DNA from: Lobosporangium transversale
Taxonomy: Eukaryota
NCBI RefSeq assembly: GCF_002105155.1
Contig: NW_019028994.1
Coordinates: 372,001-436,000 of the forward strand
DNA length: 64,000 nucleotides
Direction of reading: 5' to 3'
The stretch's first letter is position 1. Every line of letters begins with the position of its first letter. The notes under the pieces are model-generated. The model did not search any database, was not told the DNA's origin, and saw nothing but the letters and a program-made list of their open reading frames with translations. This document shows positions 37,423 to 51,391 of this stretch, piece by piece. A program made the position numbers and the translations under genes.

Positions 37423-39062
37423 TCCTTCCGAAGAAGAGAGAATTCTCCCCTTCCTCTTGACATGTAATCCTTGGCTATCATTACCGTTACAGCCAAAGTC
37501 AGGGTGTCATTGGAGGGCTTAGTGAGAATGTCCTAACTCTCTCCTTTAAAGCCATAGAGACCTCCCTCATTCTTGTTCAGACATGAAATACATTTTTCAT
37601 AAGACACATTGATGATTGAGTATGCCTGCAAAGCCTGTCTGTGCGAGCCCTGAAATTAGCCAATGCATGGAAAATGAAGTCACAGCTTATTTTTTTAGTT
37701 TCTGTCTGACCCCTTCTTTTAGCAAAAGATAAAGAGATGGCAATTTTCTTATTCTTAATGTTAAAAGCGAGCTAGCCGAGACGCCAGTTTAAAAGATCGT
37801 TAGTGATGCCAATTGTTGTAAATAAAACAACAGTACCGTACATGTACTATTATGAACGGAAGTAGAAGTGTGTTAATTGGGACCTTACTAGGAATAGGAA
37901 ATAGGAATGGAAAAAAAAAGAAAAAAAAGGAGATGACATCATTAGGAGGAACTCAGGATCTTTTCTTTTCCTTTTTTTCTTTTCTTTTCTACAACCTGAG
38001 TCACAACGAGTACTCCATATCGCCACTGCTTACGTTGTATCAAAAAATATATATCAATAAAGTAATAAAAGTGCTCTCAATACATGTTATCACATTTTGA
38101 CCGTCGCCACATTTAAGAAAAATTGGACGAAATCACTGGGTACACAAAAGCCCTGTTGCAGATTTCCCGTTGCTTGGTGCTGTTGTTCCAATGGAGTGTG
38201 TGGGAGAGACTTCTGAAGGTGATCACTGCTTACTGTGGCAAGCGAATCGGCGAATAAAAGGCAAATAGGATCCCTCAGTAAAGTAAGACAGAGAACACTA
38301 AACATAAAATCTACGAGCACAAGTGGTTCGTCTCAAAAATCAATGAGTTCCTGTAAGAAAAAAAGAGAAGACTATTGAGAAAACAGATATTTATTGGTGG
38401 CGGTAGGGTTGGAGATGGTTTCCCTATTTGCGATTTAGCTTGAGTTCAATTAAGGTAAGAGATGGCGTAGTCTAAAAATAACAGAAAAGAAAGAAAAAGA
38501 GAGAAAAAACGCCAACCCTCGGTAACAATGAGGTCTTTGCGTTCAGATCGGTTGTTTCACACAGAATGTTTATATTTTGAGATGTTTTTGGCCGTTGGTT
38601 TAGGACATACGAATCAAAGAAAGAAAAAAAAAAGAAATGTCAACACAGGGACGCCGTGTCAACAATGCATGTCAATTGGCCAAATGTGTCGACCTTGCGT
38701 GACCTCTGCATTTTCAAGCGTTAAATTTAGAGAAAGGAGGGGCCCATTCATCATTTGTGATTTCTTTTTGCATGCTGTGTGTTATGTGTAACATACCACG
38801 CGCTGTTGCAGCTCTACGCCAAGGGTTCCTCGTACAATATTACACATGAGAAAAAAAACACATATAAAAGCAAAGTTTACTCCCGTTCAAAAGCATCTCT
38901 CTATTTTCAAGCACATTTAATTCTGCCTCCCTCAAGTCTACCTTATCTCAAGGTGAGAATAATCTTTTGGATACTACTATTTCGTATGCCATTACTTTTG
39001 CCATCAGAGTATTCATTCAGTCTATTCCTCTGTACTTACTAAGACTACATCTAATGAATAGT

Positions 39063-39617
39063 ATGCACCAAGTCACCGTCTTATTGATTGCGATCCTTGC
39101 GATCATCAGTGTTGCCATCGCGGAGCCTTTGCTTCCCAATGGCTACTACCGCATTTTCAAAGGAATTCAGCATGTACCCTCACAAAACCGCTACTTCACA
39201 GCTTACCCAAATGCTAGAGCTGGCTCCGTGAGGACTGAGCCCAAAGATGAAGCTAAACTTCAAGTGTGGCGACTTCGCAACCATAGCAAAGGGCAGGTGT
39301 CTCTTCAAATTTATGACAAGAACGCAGATAAGAGAAAATACCTCTCGGAAGGAAGATCTGGGGCTCTTCCAGGAGCATCTCTTGGTGTTACTGAAAAGGC
39401 ACAAAGGTGGTTTATTACTAAGATTGCAGGTGGTCCTTTCACCAGATACATTCTCACACATCCGAGAAAGTTCCGCAATCAGACACTTATTGTCAGCGAG
39501 AGCTACCCCTATGGGGAGGATGATGACAAAATAAACTGGGTTGCTTTCAGGTATCAAGGCCAGTCGAACCACACCCAGGCCTGGAAGTTTGCAAGAGTCT
39601 ACCCCGAGGACGAGTAG
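39063..39617 (+). CDS. Family A copy A5, 184 aa
   Basis: Near-identical to A1 up to IAGGPFTR, with a divergent C-terminal third. Confidence 0.8.
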   Translation: MHQVTVLLIAILAIISVAIAEPLLPNGYYRIFKGIQHVPSQNRYFTAYPNARAGSVRTEPKDEAKLQVWRLRNHSKGQVSLQIYDKNADKRKYLSEGRSGALPGASLGVTEKAQRWFITKIAGGPFTRYILTHPRKFRNQTLIVSESYPYGEDDDKINWVAFRYQGQSNHTQAWKFARVYPEDE

Positions 39618-40824
39618 ACAGTTGAGGATTCAGGCCAAGCTCGTAGCTCAGCTTTGAAGACAATACTTTCCTCAGCACAAAAACTTGTAACCTATTTCTA
39701 TTAAAAAAGATAAAAGATAAAAGAAAAACCTTGTTGAGATAAGATACGTGCCCGGCCCTACACAACGCAAAAGCTAAGCAGCAAATAGAGAAAACCACAC
39801 GAGTAGAGGGATGATGGTGCAGGCCAAAATAGCCGACCTATTTTGTGGCTCCTGTGAGGCTATTTGGCTTGAGCAATGTCAATGGGAAAAGATACTGGAA
39901 CATTCCTTTTTATTAGACATGTATTAGTTTTGTACACGTTTTAGTTGCACGAATTGAATTTGAGCCGGAAGTCTTTGACCGATCTTCCTGTTTTGCACCT
40001 TCAAGCTTATATATAACCACGGCTATAAATAAATGGAGTCCTCGGCTGCTGGGTACATATTCAATATAAAGTCGAGTGATCCTTCATATCTCGATATTGG
40101 AGATCTAATAGTCGAGTTTTCTAGACTTGGGACTTATTATTTTCATCATACAGAACAATCAAGTAGCCATTAAGCAAAAATATCGCGCACATCATCATCA
40201 TTTGGTGGTTTCATAAAGCGTGGATGCACCTCCTGCTCGTACCTCATCGAGTCAAGATGACAAATATGTAATGTTATAGTACCGAAATATAGAACAACTC
40301 TCAAAATGGGAAATGTAGCATGCGTGGCAAAGAATGAGGAAGACACTTTTATATGGCCTTGGCTCTCGAATAACAAGTTTTTATGCTAATAATGTTCGAC
40401 CTGGTCATTCTATAGTAATGTTTCTAAACCCTTTGGACAAAATGGCGCTTGATCGGAGGCAACAATCCGACGCATCAAGCTCTAAGTGAAGTCATCAAGG
40501 TGTTGTAAATGCTTGATGTGAAGAACTTTTTATGAAACAACCCTTCATATCTACTTAATTTTATGTGCTAACAAAATCTATATCCTGGATATTCAGTTGG
40601 TTTGTATTGTACGATTTGCAAAAGCGAGTTAATTCGGACGATACACATGATCTAGGCCCAAAGGCTTGTAATGTTCATACTCTTGTCAGTACCGAAGCTA
40701 AAGGCCCTGCGCTAATAAGGATGAAATACATCTTTGAATGAACGAGTCCTTCATAGCGAACTCTTTCATTTTTCTTTTTTTTTTTTTTTTTTGAGGCCAT
40801 GATTAAAGCTTTATTCTTTTATCA

Positions 40825-41481
40825 CTATTGAATATTCTTCATTGCCATTGCTCCGATTATCCAGTTCAAAATATCCTTATGCTCTGTCACCTTGGGATCA
40901 ATTTTGTAGTACTAGATGAAGAGAATCATGACAGCTAAATTGCATGTGCCCATAAAGCGCGATGAGTCTAATTAATACACACTTTTTTTTTTTTTTTTTT
41001 TTTTTTACCTGACGAAGCCTAACCATATCCCTTTCTTCATATAGTTTTAGAAATGCGGTCAGAATCCAAACTACAGCCTTGGGCATATCCTCCAAGATCT
41101 CATCTACCACCAACCTTGACTGCAATTAGGGATGTTGTATCTTCATGGATTCCAAGACGTTTCAGAAAATTCTGCGATCTATGCACCCCAAGATTCACAA
41201 GAAAAAAAAAAAAAAAAAAAAAATCAAATTAGGTTAGCCAATGATTGGCCATAGTCAAATCTTATAGAGGGACGTGTTGTGGAAATTGTTGATGTCTAGG
41301 AGATACAAACGATGTCCCATGATAACAATGAGTAGTTGGTGGCATACCCTTTTGGTAGGTGAGAGATTATAAATGATTACTGAACTGAGTGATTGAGTAC
41401 TCAATTATCCAGCCTCATAATCCTTCGCAGCCTTGATAGCGGCTGTTAGAAGCTGGAATACTTCCATGACCTGTTTTATTC
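40825..41481 (-). pseudogene. CGI121: CGI121 fragment (exons 2-4 including the stop codon)
   Basis: Exon 4 and the 3' flank are near-identical to the native locus (5213-5600). Exons 2-3 are more diverged and exon 1 is absent. Confidence 0.85.
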
Positions 41482-42042
41482 AAAGAAATAAATAAAAATA
41501 ATATAAAATAAAAATAGAGTAAATTCCAGCAGTGTATTCTTACCTACACCTCCTAGAGGCGAATTAATCTATTGACATTGCTGGTGTTAACGTTCAAAGG
41601 TAAATTAGTTAATGTTGAGGAGAAACCTCATAGCTGAAACAAATGAAACATATACATATCGAAGGCAGTGCTTTGTTAAAGCTACTACTGATGTAGTTCT
41701 TTCAAAACAGGATATTGAATCACTTGCACATGCTGGCCGAGCACGTATAAAAAAGCAAGGGCCTATTCAATAAGCGCAAAGTGCAGTACATGTATACCAT
41801 TTCCTTTTTATTCTTGAGATAGAGGGAATCTATGGCTTAAGTTGTAGTTGACATGAGTTATTTTAAGCACTCAAAGCCATCCAGCCAGGGCAAGTGTGCT
41901 TTGCTGCTCATTGATTGGCAGGAAGGAAGGAACTTCGACCTTGTGAAGCAAATGGCGGTGCCAAAGACAAATATAGCCAACTGACAATGAAGTATAGCCT
42001 ATCAATATCAGCTCATGTGACTGATGCTTAATAAAATCTGCC

Positions 42043-42767
42043 GAATTAATCTATTTGACAACCCGGGTTGTCACTCTTATTTGACAACCCCCCCCTTAAT
42101 TATTTTTCTCAATTTTTTTTCTTTGCGTGACAACCCGGGTTGCCAAATAGTAAAATATCTAATTTGACAACCCCAAGCTCACTGTTATTTGACAACCCTT
42201 TTTTTATTGGCAAGATTATTATGTGAAAATCGTTTCTATTGCTATCCCTCAGCAACATGAAATCCCTCCAGCAATCTAAAAGCTTCCATCAAATAACAAA
42301 CTTTTTTTTTTTGGTTACGAGGTGTTGTTTTTTTATTACAACTGATTTCTAAAACAAGGGTTTGCTTTTATAGAAAATGTGCCTATACGGGTAACATGCA
42401 CTAAGGGGTTTTTTTGGATAAATAAGCATGCATAAATTCGGAGTGGTTTTGCGACGCTTGATGGCGCATGCGTAAGACGCGGAAAGGAAAAAAAAGAGAG
42501 CTATAACCACAGTCATGATAATGGAGTGTTGCCACCATTTTAGAAATCCAGCTGAGAAAGGCCCTCCATAAGTACAAGAGGGTGAAGACTTGTCATGTGA
42601 CAGGTTGAAAAAGACAATTTTTCTTCTTTTTTTGACAACCCGGGTTGTCAAATAACAAAAAAGTGAAAATTGAAGACCTGGGTTGCCAAATAAGCCGATG
42701 TGATTGCTAAATTAGGGGGGGGCTGTCAAATAAGAGTGACAACCCGGGTTGTCAAATAGATTCACCC
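42043..42767. mobile_element. 725-bp non-autonomous Mutator-like (MULE) element
   Basis: 9-bp TSD aaatctgcc at 42034-42042 and 42768-42776. TIRs of about 55 bp contain tttgacaacccgggttgtca. The paralogous empty site at ~17561 has a single aaatctgcc. Confidence 0.85.
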
Positions 42768-43606
42768 AAATCTGCCCTTGCCTCAATTTCCTGCTCCCTG
42801 CGACATTTTATTGCAGTCCATAAATCTCGCTTCCCAGCAATCATGATGTAGGGCGTTAAATGGAAAAGGTCTGGAACCAACTCTAAACTGATTTAGCAAA
42901 TTGCTGCTAATTTAGGCTTCAAGTCCAAGATATCCACATATTCCTTAGATCAAGGCTTATTCTTTCTCAGCCTTTATATATTTTCGTTGTATTAGAGGAG
43001 TCTCACCTTTCTATGATGGGCTATGTCTGGGCCTCTTCGCGACTCTAGTGATTAGAAGCACACGATGGATGACAAGGTAAAAAGTATGAAGAAATAAAAA
43101 TAAAAAAGAGAACAGGCACATGGATTGGCCCTCCTAAAAATAAAAATGCAAATTCATACCGTAGTCAATGAGGTGGCTGCGTTTAGATCAATGAAACATG
43201 GCCTATCTGCGAGATACATGATCGGGAGGAAGAGTAGACCGTTGGAGGGAAAGCATGAAAGAACAAAAGCACTTTGAACATCAGTCTCATTGGCTATAGT
43301 TGCGAGCTGCGCGTACTTACTTATCTAGAACCCCTGAGAGTAACTATCAGGTACGTAAAGCTGGCTGCGCGGTCATGTCAATCTAGACGTTACAAAGAAG
43401 ACAGAATCCATATAAAAAGGACGGGTTCCTCAGAGCAATTCTCAATCATCAACCAACGCTCACAGCTCTTGCACTCTACTTGCTTTACCTACTTCTTTAA
43501 CCTCCTTTTCTAGCCTACTTCTTCAACTCAACCTTCTCAGGTAAGCCTTATCTCCTGTTCCTGAGTACTGCGCTAGCAGGTTGCTCTATTGTCTTTGCTT
43601 TGCTTT

Positions 43607-43638
<32 letters not shown>

Positions 43639-43690
43639 GCAGGCTGCCTCCCCTGTTAACGCTTCGTTATATCTGCGACTATTGAATAGG

Positions 43691-44188
43691 ATGTATCAAC
43701 CACTCGCTTTCTTGACTATAGCCCTCGCAATCGTCAACGTGGCCGTGGCTGCACTCCTCCCTGATGGATACTACCGCATCTCCATCGATAACCGCTATAT
43801 CACCACTAAAACAGGAGGCACCGGGTACTGGCCTGCCACTTACCAGGAGTCTCTGTCAGCTCCTGGCTATTATCAGGAATGGTATCTCCGTAACCATGCT
43901 GGTGACAAGGTCACTCTTTCTCCTCGCGGATACCACCAGCGATACCTCTCATTGAGCCGATCTGGTGCCAAGGAGTATGCTTACTTGGCTGTTAGTGGCA
44001 CTAGCCAGAAGTGGACGCTCGAAAAGGCTGATGACGGCAAGTACAAGATCGTGTACCCAGTGAAGGTCCATGGCAAGTGGCTCAATGTCGATGTCACTCC
44101 TGACACTGTATATCCCAAGCGCATTGCTCTCCTCTCCGATGGCAATCCCAGAGGCAAGCAGCCTTGGAACTTCACTCCTGTCCACTAG
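43691..44188 (+). CDS. Family B copy B5, 165 aa
   Basis: Differs from B2/B4 at two mature residues (HGKW, IALL). Confidence 0.8.
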   Translation: MYQPLAFLTIALAIVNVAVAALLPDGYYRISIDNRYITTKTGGTGYWPATYQESLSAPGYYQEWYLRNHAGDKVTLSPRGYHQRYLSLSRSGAKEYAYLAVSGTSQKWTLEKADDGKYKIVYPVKVHGKWLNVDVTPDTVYPKRIALLSDGNPRGKQPWNFTPVH

Positions 44189-46128
44189 AGGCGAGCCTCT
44201 GACATCCTTTTGAAACTAAATGAAACCCTCAAAGGCCTTGTCCTAGATATTGAGGATAGTCTCGCTGCTGTTATAGTATTAAGTGTTTGAAAAAAAATAG
44301 AAATGAAAGTATGAACATAAAGGCAATAAAGCGATCAGATAGACCCTTTGTGCATTATACAGGATTCCCATGGAGTAAATAGTAAATATGCGACAATACA
44401 AAAAGGTCGTCTTACAAAGCGGAATCTGAGCAAGACTTGAAAACAATAAGCTCCTTTATCTGTAACTTTCATTTGCATTGGTACATATGACTTGAGGTAA
44501 CTAGGAACACATGGACGCCAAGATGTAAAGTAAGCAATTTTACCGAGCACTGCTGACCTGCTTTGATCTATGGGCCCACAACTGGTTTTAATAGCCTTCC
44601 CAGCCAACTCGACTCCTGAGCAGGATAAAGGTAGCTTTCTGGCTCCTTTTCATCTGGGAAACTCGAGTACAAAAAGAAAGGGGTTCTTTCCGAAGAAGAA
44701 GGGAGTCCTCTCCTTTTTGCTTGCAGATGTAATCCTAGGTTACCATTACTGCTACAGCCAAAGTCAGGGTGTCATTGGAGGCTTAGTGAGAATGTCCATA
44801 GTCCTCTCCTTTAAAGCCATGGGGATTGTCCTTCACTCCTGCAGGCATGAATGAGTACATTTTTCATGATACATCGATGATTGAGTATACCTGCAAAACC
44901 TGTCTGTGATTGTCTGTGCAGGTTCTCCTGAATTCAGGCGGTGCATGTAAAATGAAGTCACAACTCAGCTCATGTCTAAGCTACTATGGTGATGGCACTC
45001 TTGTTCCTGTCTTGGTCAATGTCATGGCGGCACTCCTTCTTTTACCTTGATTTCTAGCAAAAGATGGTGGTTTTTTTAATTTTTATATTCATTTATGAGA
45101 ATTAGCTAGCCAAGGTGCTGGTTTAAAAAATCATAGTTTTCAAAATAGTGCTACTATTATGAACAGACATAGATATGTGTTATATTGGGCACTGATTGCG
45201 AATGGAAATGGGGTGAGGGTCTGAGGGCCTTTTCTTTTCTTTTCTTTCTTTTTTGCTTTTCATAGCCTGAGCGCTTCATGTCGCCCGAATTGGCAACATT
45301 GCTTCCGCCATACTAGATGATATCAATGATGATGATAATAAGCTCTCAATACTACTCTACCATGACCGTTATCGTGTTTAGTAGTTTCTAAGGAATCAAT
45401 CACAAAGTCTGCGAGCATAGTGATTAGTCTCAACAATCAATGAGCTCTGTAAGGAAAGAGAAGAAGTGTTGAGTCAATCAGATATTGGTGGTGATAGTAG
45501 TCCAATTGAGGTAAGAAACGGCGCAATCTAAAAATAAGCTAACTCTTGGTTACAATGAGGTCTTTACGTTCATATCAATTGTTTCACAAAGCTTATATAT
45601 TATGTATTAGCCGTTGCTCCAAGCATATGAACTTCAGAAAATAAAAAAGAAATCACTGAAGGGAAAAAAAAAGACGTGTCAGTAAAGGGGCACCGTATCA
45701 ACAATGCATACCAATTGGCCAAATATGTTGACCTTCGTTAAATTTAGACGTAGAAGGGGCCACTCATCATTCTTCGGACTGATCTGAGGCTTTCCTTTTT
45801 GTATGTCGTGTATTGTGTGCATCATACCACGCGCTGTTGCCAAGAGTACCTCGTACAATACACATGAAATCGAAAAAAAAAAATAATAAAAAAAAGTCTA
45901 TAAAAGCAAAGCTTTCCTTCATACGGCAACATCTCTCTATCCACTTGCACACATTCAAGCCTGCCTTACTCCCTCAAGCCTACACTCTAGCCTGCCCTAT
46001 ACTACCATTTCCTAAATTTACCCTACCTCAAGGTGAGAATAAGTATTTTGTATGCTTTTACTTTTATCGTGAGTCCATCCATCCATTCTATTCCTCAGTG
46101 CTCACTAAGTCTGCGCTCAACGAGTAGT

Positions 46129-46713
46129 ATGCATCAAGCCGTCGCCTTATTGGTTGCGATCTTTGCGATCATTAGTGTGGTCATTGCAGAACCCTTGCTT
46201 CCAAATGGCTACTACCGTATTTACAAGGGAAACCACCGCGTGCCCTCCAAGCACCGTTACTTCACTGCTTATCCAGATGACAGGACTGGCTCTGTGAAGA
46301 TTGAGCTCAAAAATGAAGATGAACTTCAAGTATGGCGACTCCGCAATCATGACAACGGCAAAGTGTCCCTTGAAGTCTACGATGAAGATGCAGATGAGAG
46401 CAAATACCTTTCGGAAGGAAGATTTGGAGCCCTTCCAGGAGCATATCTAGGTGTTACTGAAAAGCGCCAAAAATGGTTCATTACCAGGGTTGGGAGAGGT
46501 GCTTACACAAGATACGCACTCACTCACCCGAGGAAGTTCAATAACCAAACGCTTATCGTGAGTGAAAGCAACACCTATGACGATGACATTAATAAACCGA
46601 ACCGGGTTTCCTTTAGATATGAAGGCCAAGAAGGTTACACTCATGCCTGGATGTTTTGGAGAGTCTACCCTGATGGCGACAACGGAGACGATAAGCACGA
46701 AGGCGACAAGTAG
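46129..46713 (+). CDS. Family A copy A6, 194 aa
   Basis: The promoter and N-terminal half are near-identical to A4, and the C-terminal half is divergent. Confidence 0.8.
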   Translation: MHQAVALLVAIFAIISVVIAEPLLPNGYYRIYKGNHRVPSKHRYFTAYPDDRTGSVKIELKNEDELQVWRLRNHDNGKVSLEVYDEDADESKYLSEGRFGALPGAYLGVTEKRQKWFITRVGRGAYTRYALTHPRKFNNQTLIVSESNTYDDDINKPNRVSFRYEGQEGYTHAWMFWRVYPDGDNGDDKHEGDK

Positions 46714-48894
46714 ATGGCCAAAGATCCAGACCAAACTCTTAGTTCAGCTCCAAAAGCAATTATTTCTTCAACGCAGATATCTGTAGTCTCTTATTTCTGT
46801 TGGATCTATAAAGATAAAGCTAAAAATATAAAAAAGGCACAGAGTGATTTCGACTTGATGAGATGACCACGCGTACTCGCTCATATTGTGCACAAAGGCA
46901 AAGCATCACATTAGTAGCAAGGCGATGATGATTTAGGCCGCGATGTATGCTTTTACTTGGCGATTACTGTGAGACTACTTGGCTTGAGCAATGTCAATAG
47001 GATGAGATGTCTCCTTCTCTCCTTTAAACAGTTTACCACTTCAGCCTTATCGTCAGCACCATACTACATGTTGATCTTCTTTATCGCATGGATTGTGTTA
47101 CCTACTTTCACTACAGCAGATCGTACATTTCTAACTGACTGAAAATCCAGGATATAGTTTTTATTAGCACATAAAAGCAAATAGATCTGAAGAATTATTT
47201 TATAAAAAGTGTTTCACATCGAGCATTTACAGCACTTTAATGATGCCATTCAGAGTTTGCTATGTCGAACTTTTGCCTCCAGTCAAGATTTATTTTGCCT
47301 TGAAGCTTGGAGCTATCACTATAACTAGTCAGGTCGAGTAGCATCACGACTTTAGCTTATTATCTAGGAGTTAGAGCCATATATAAATATCTTCCTCCTT
47401 CTTCGTCACCATTTTTAGTTCCATTTGAAGGCCTGCAATTCGCGTCTTTCAAGTCCTCACTGAGCCAAGACGACAAATATGTAATGTTTACTAAATAGTA
47501 CCGAAGCCTAAAACCGGCTCATTAGACCCTATAAAGCCACTATGCGATGGCAGTATATATGACACTCTCGCTCTGTGACGACTTAATTGTTTCGTATGAT
47601 GGAAATAACATGACTCAAGCTTAGACAGCTCGGCCATGGAACCCCCATTATGGAGGAAATATATGAAGAGCCACTCGGGACTCATATTGTATAGACATTC
47701 AGTTGTTGAAATACAGCAATAAATTGCAGCTACGGCTATTGATATACAATCTTATAAGTATAGGGCGCAAGGTACGCATGAATTCTGTTACAGCCCGCAA
47801 TATGGCTACAGATTAATGTATGCCCAGCACATTTCCACCATGTAACTGGCAGTTGGCTGATGGAGACGATGATGGGTCGGTAAGTGCGATAGATGCGAAA
47901 TCAGGAACAGCACTGCATCCAGCGGACTCGAAGGGCCTATAAATAGGGTCGTTGAAATATCCTATTTACCACGATGGGAAGTACAATTACCTCACACAGT
48001 AAAGGACGATTGTGGGGCCTAGAGTTTAATCAGAGTTTGATTGTTACCCTGTTCATAGATTGATTCATTGGGGCGCTTTCGTAGAATGCTTAGAAAGAAG
48101 GCTGCTTCCTGGCTACAGGACCCAATTATACTTCTATTCATATGTGATGCATTGTGTAGGAGGGCAACAAGATATGCTGAAGAGTATAAGACAAACAGAT
48201 TATTATTATTGTTATTACAAGGGCCCTAAGGGCCATGAGATATATATTTTACAAAGCAACCAAGGTTGAGGGCATCAGACAGACGGCTCATAGTGCTATC
48301 GGCAGGAGTATTCAAAATGTGAATGGACTGTGCCTTGCCAGCAGCAAGCTTCTGGCGCAACACGGATCAGCGGGATCCAAGTCAAAAGACTCTAGTCAAA
48401 TAGAACAACACCAGGCCCATCAGGGGAGACAGTCTGAGGAAACGAAACTATGGGATAAGAAGGATCGCTGGTTACACTGGCGGTAACAAGCAGCTTGGTC
48501 AATGACTACCGGCCCAAGCATAATCCATGCAACGAAATCCAATATGCAGCATAATACTACCGATAAGGCTAAAGTGGCAAACTTTTTAAACAACAAGGGG
48601 AGCATCTCCTCTTATTGGCATTATTCAAGTCAAATAGTCGCACAGTAGCCGCCAAGCAATTTGGCCATTGTGACCTAAACCATAATCGCCTTTCTACTAG
48701 ATTGGTTTCACCCGTTTGCTGTCTAGCTTTTGCATTGCATACACGTTGTCATCTCAACGAAGACGACCTTAATTTTTTTATAATTTTATTTATTTAATAG
48801 AAACGAGAGGCTACAAATATTTGCAATGAAGAAGGAATTGCCTTCAAAGATGAATTGAAGCTAATCAGAGCGCCTGGCCTGAATTTTCGACAAT

Positions 48895-49491
48895 TTACTT
48901 GTCGTCTTCGCCGTCATCATTGTGCTTGTCGTCGCTGTCATCGTCGTCAGGGTAGACTCTCGCAAACTTCCAAGCTTGAGTATAGTTTGTTTGGCCTTGA
49001 TACCTAAAAGAAACCCAGTTTGGCTTGCCAATATCCTCGTCATAGGTGTTGCTTTCACTCACAATAAGCGTTTGGTTATTGACCTTTCTTGGGTGAGCGA
49101 GCATATATCTGGTATATAAGCTTACTCCGACCTTGGTGATGAACCACTTTTGTCGCTTTTCAGTGACACCAAGATGTGCTCCTGGAAGAGCCCCAGACCT
49201 TCCCTCTGAGAGATACTTTCTCTCGTCTGCGTCCTCGTTATAAACTTGAAGGGATACTTGGCCTTTGCCATGGTTGCGGAGCCGCCACACTTGAAGCTCA
49301 TCATCATTTTTGGTTTCGATTCTCACAGAGCCAGTTCTAGCATCTAGGTAAGCAGTGAAGTAACGGTTTCTGGAGGGAACGCGGTGGTTCCCTTTGTAAA
49401 TACGATAGTAGCCATCAGGAAGCAAGGGCTTTGCAGCGGCCACACTAATGACCGCAATAATCGCAATCAATAAGATGGTAATTTGATGCAT
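48895..49491 (-). CDS. Family A copy A7, 198 aa
   Basis: Signal peptide, KPLLPDGYYRI, QVW/QKW/QAW motifs and an acidic tail. Confidence 0.8.
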   Translation of the reverse strand: MHQITILLIAIIAVISVAAAKPLLPDGYYRIYKGNHRVPSRNRYFTAYLDARTGSVRIETKNDDELQVWRLRNHGKGQVSLQVYNEDADERKYLSEGRSGALPGAHLGVTEKRQKWFITKVGVSLYTRYMLAHPRKVNNQTLIVSESNTYDEDIGKPNWVSFRYQGQTNYTQAWKFARVYPDDDDSDDKHNDDGEDDK

Positions 49492-51391
49492 ACTATTCAT
49501 TGGATGTAGACTTAGTGAGTGCAGATGGACAGATTGAATGGATACTTTTATTATAAAAGTAAAGGCATAGGAAATATTGTTCAAAAGCTTATCCACACCT
49601 TGAGAAAAGATAGACTTGAAGTAGTGGTTAGGGTAGACGAGTATAGGCTTGAGGAAGCGAGGCAGAATTGAATGTGTGTTAGAGGGTGGAGAGGTGCTGC
49701 TGAACGGGGGAAAGCTTTGCTTTTATACGATTTAGGCACTCTTGGCATAGAGCTGTCGCGCGTGGTATATGACATATAGTGCATAGCATGTAAAAGGAAA
49801 GTCGCAAATCAATCTGACAATATGACATGTAGCTCTTCCTACCTCTAAATTTAACGCAAGGTCGACACATTTGGCCAATTGGAATGCATTGTTGACACGG
49901 CGTCACTTATTGATATGTATCTTTTTTCTTCGGTGGTTTTTTCTTTGGTCCAAATGCTTAAAGCAACGGCCAATACATAATATATAAGCTTTGTGAAACA
50001 ATTGATATGAACGTAAAGACCTCATTGTAACCAAGAGTTAGCTTATTTTTAGATTGCGCCGTTTCTTACCTCAATTGGACTACTATCACCACCAATATCT
50101 GATTGACTCAACACTTCTTCTCTTTCCTTACAGAGCTCATTGATTGTTGAGACTAATCACTATGCTCGCAGACTTTGTGATTGATTCCTTAGAAACTACT
50201 AAACACGATAACGGTCATGGTAGAGTAGTATTGAGAGCTTATTATCATCATCATTGATATCATCTAGTATGGCGGAAGCAATGTTGCCAATTCGGGCGAC
50301 ATGAAGCGCTCAGGCTATGAAAAGCAAAAAAGAAAGAAAAGAAAAGAAAAGGCCCTCAGACCCTCACCCCATTTCCATTCGCAATCAGTGCCCAATATAA
50401 CACATATCTATGTCTGTTCATAATAGTAGCACTATTTTGAAAACTATGATTTTTTAAACCAGCACCTTGGCTAGCTAATTCTCATAAATGAATATAAAAA
50501 TTAAAAAAACCACCATCTTTTGCTAGAAATCAAGGTAAAAGAAGGAGTGCCGCCATGACATTGACCAAGACAGGAACAAGAGTGCCATCACCATAGTAGC
50601 TTAGACATGAGCTGAGTTGTGACTTCATTTTACATGCACCGCCTGAATTCAGGAGAACCTGCACAGACAATCACAGACAGGTTTTGCAGGTATACTCAAT
50701 CATCGATGTATCATGAAAAATGTACTCATTCATGCCTGCAGGAGTGAAGGACAATCCCCATGGCTTTAAAGGAGAGGACTATGGACATTCTCACTAAGCC
50801 TCCAATGACACCCTGACTTTGGCTGTAGCAGTAATGGTAACCTAGGATTACATCTGCAAGCAAAAAGGAGAGGACTCCCTTCTTCTTCGGAAAGAACCCC
50901 TTTCTTTTTGTACTCGAGTTTCCCAGATGAAAAGGAGCCAGAAAGCTACCTTTATCCTGCTCAGGAGTCGAGTTGGCTGGGAAGGCTATTAAAACCAGTT
51001 GTGGGCCCATAGATCAAAGCAGGTCAGCAGTGCTCGGTAAAATTGCTTACTTTACATCTTGGCGTCCATGTGTTCCTAGTTACCTCAAGTCATATGTACC
51101 AATGCAAATGAAAGTTACAGATAAAGGAGCTTATTGTTTTCAAGTCTTGCTCAGATTCCGCTTTGTAAGACGACCTTTTTGTATTGTCGCATATTTACTA
51201 TTTACTCCATGGGAATCCTGTATAATGCACAAAGGGTCTATCTGATCGCTTTATTGCCTTTATGTTCATACTTTCATTTCTATTTTTTTTCAAACACTTA
51301 ATACTATAACAGCAGCGAGACTATCCTCAATATCTAGGACAAGGCCTTTGAGGGTTTCATTTAGTTTCAAAAGGATGTCAGAGGCTCGCCT

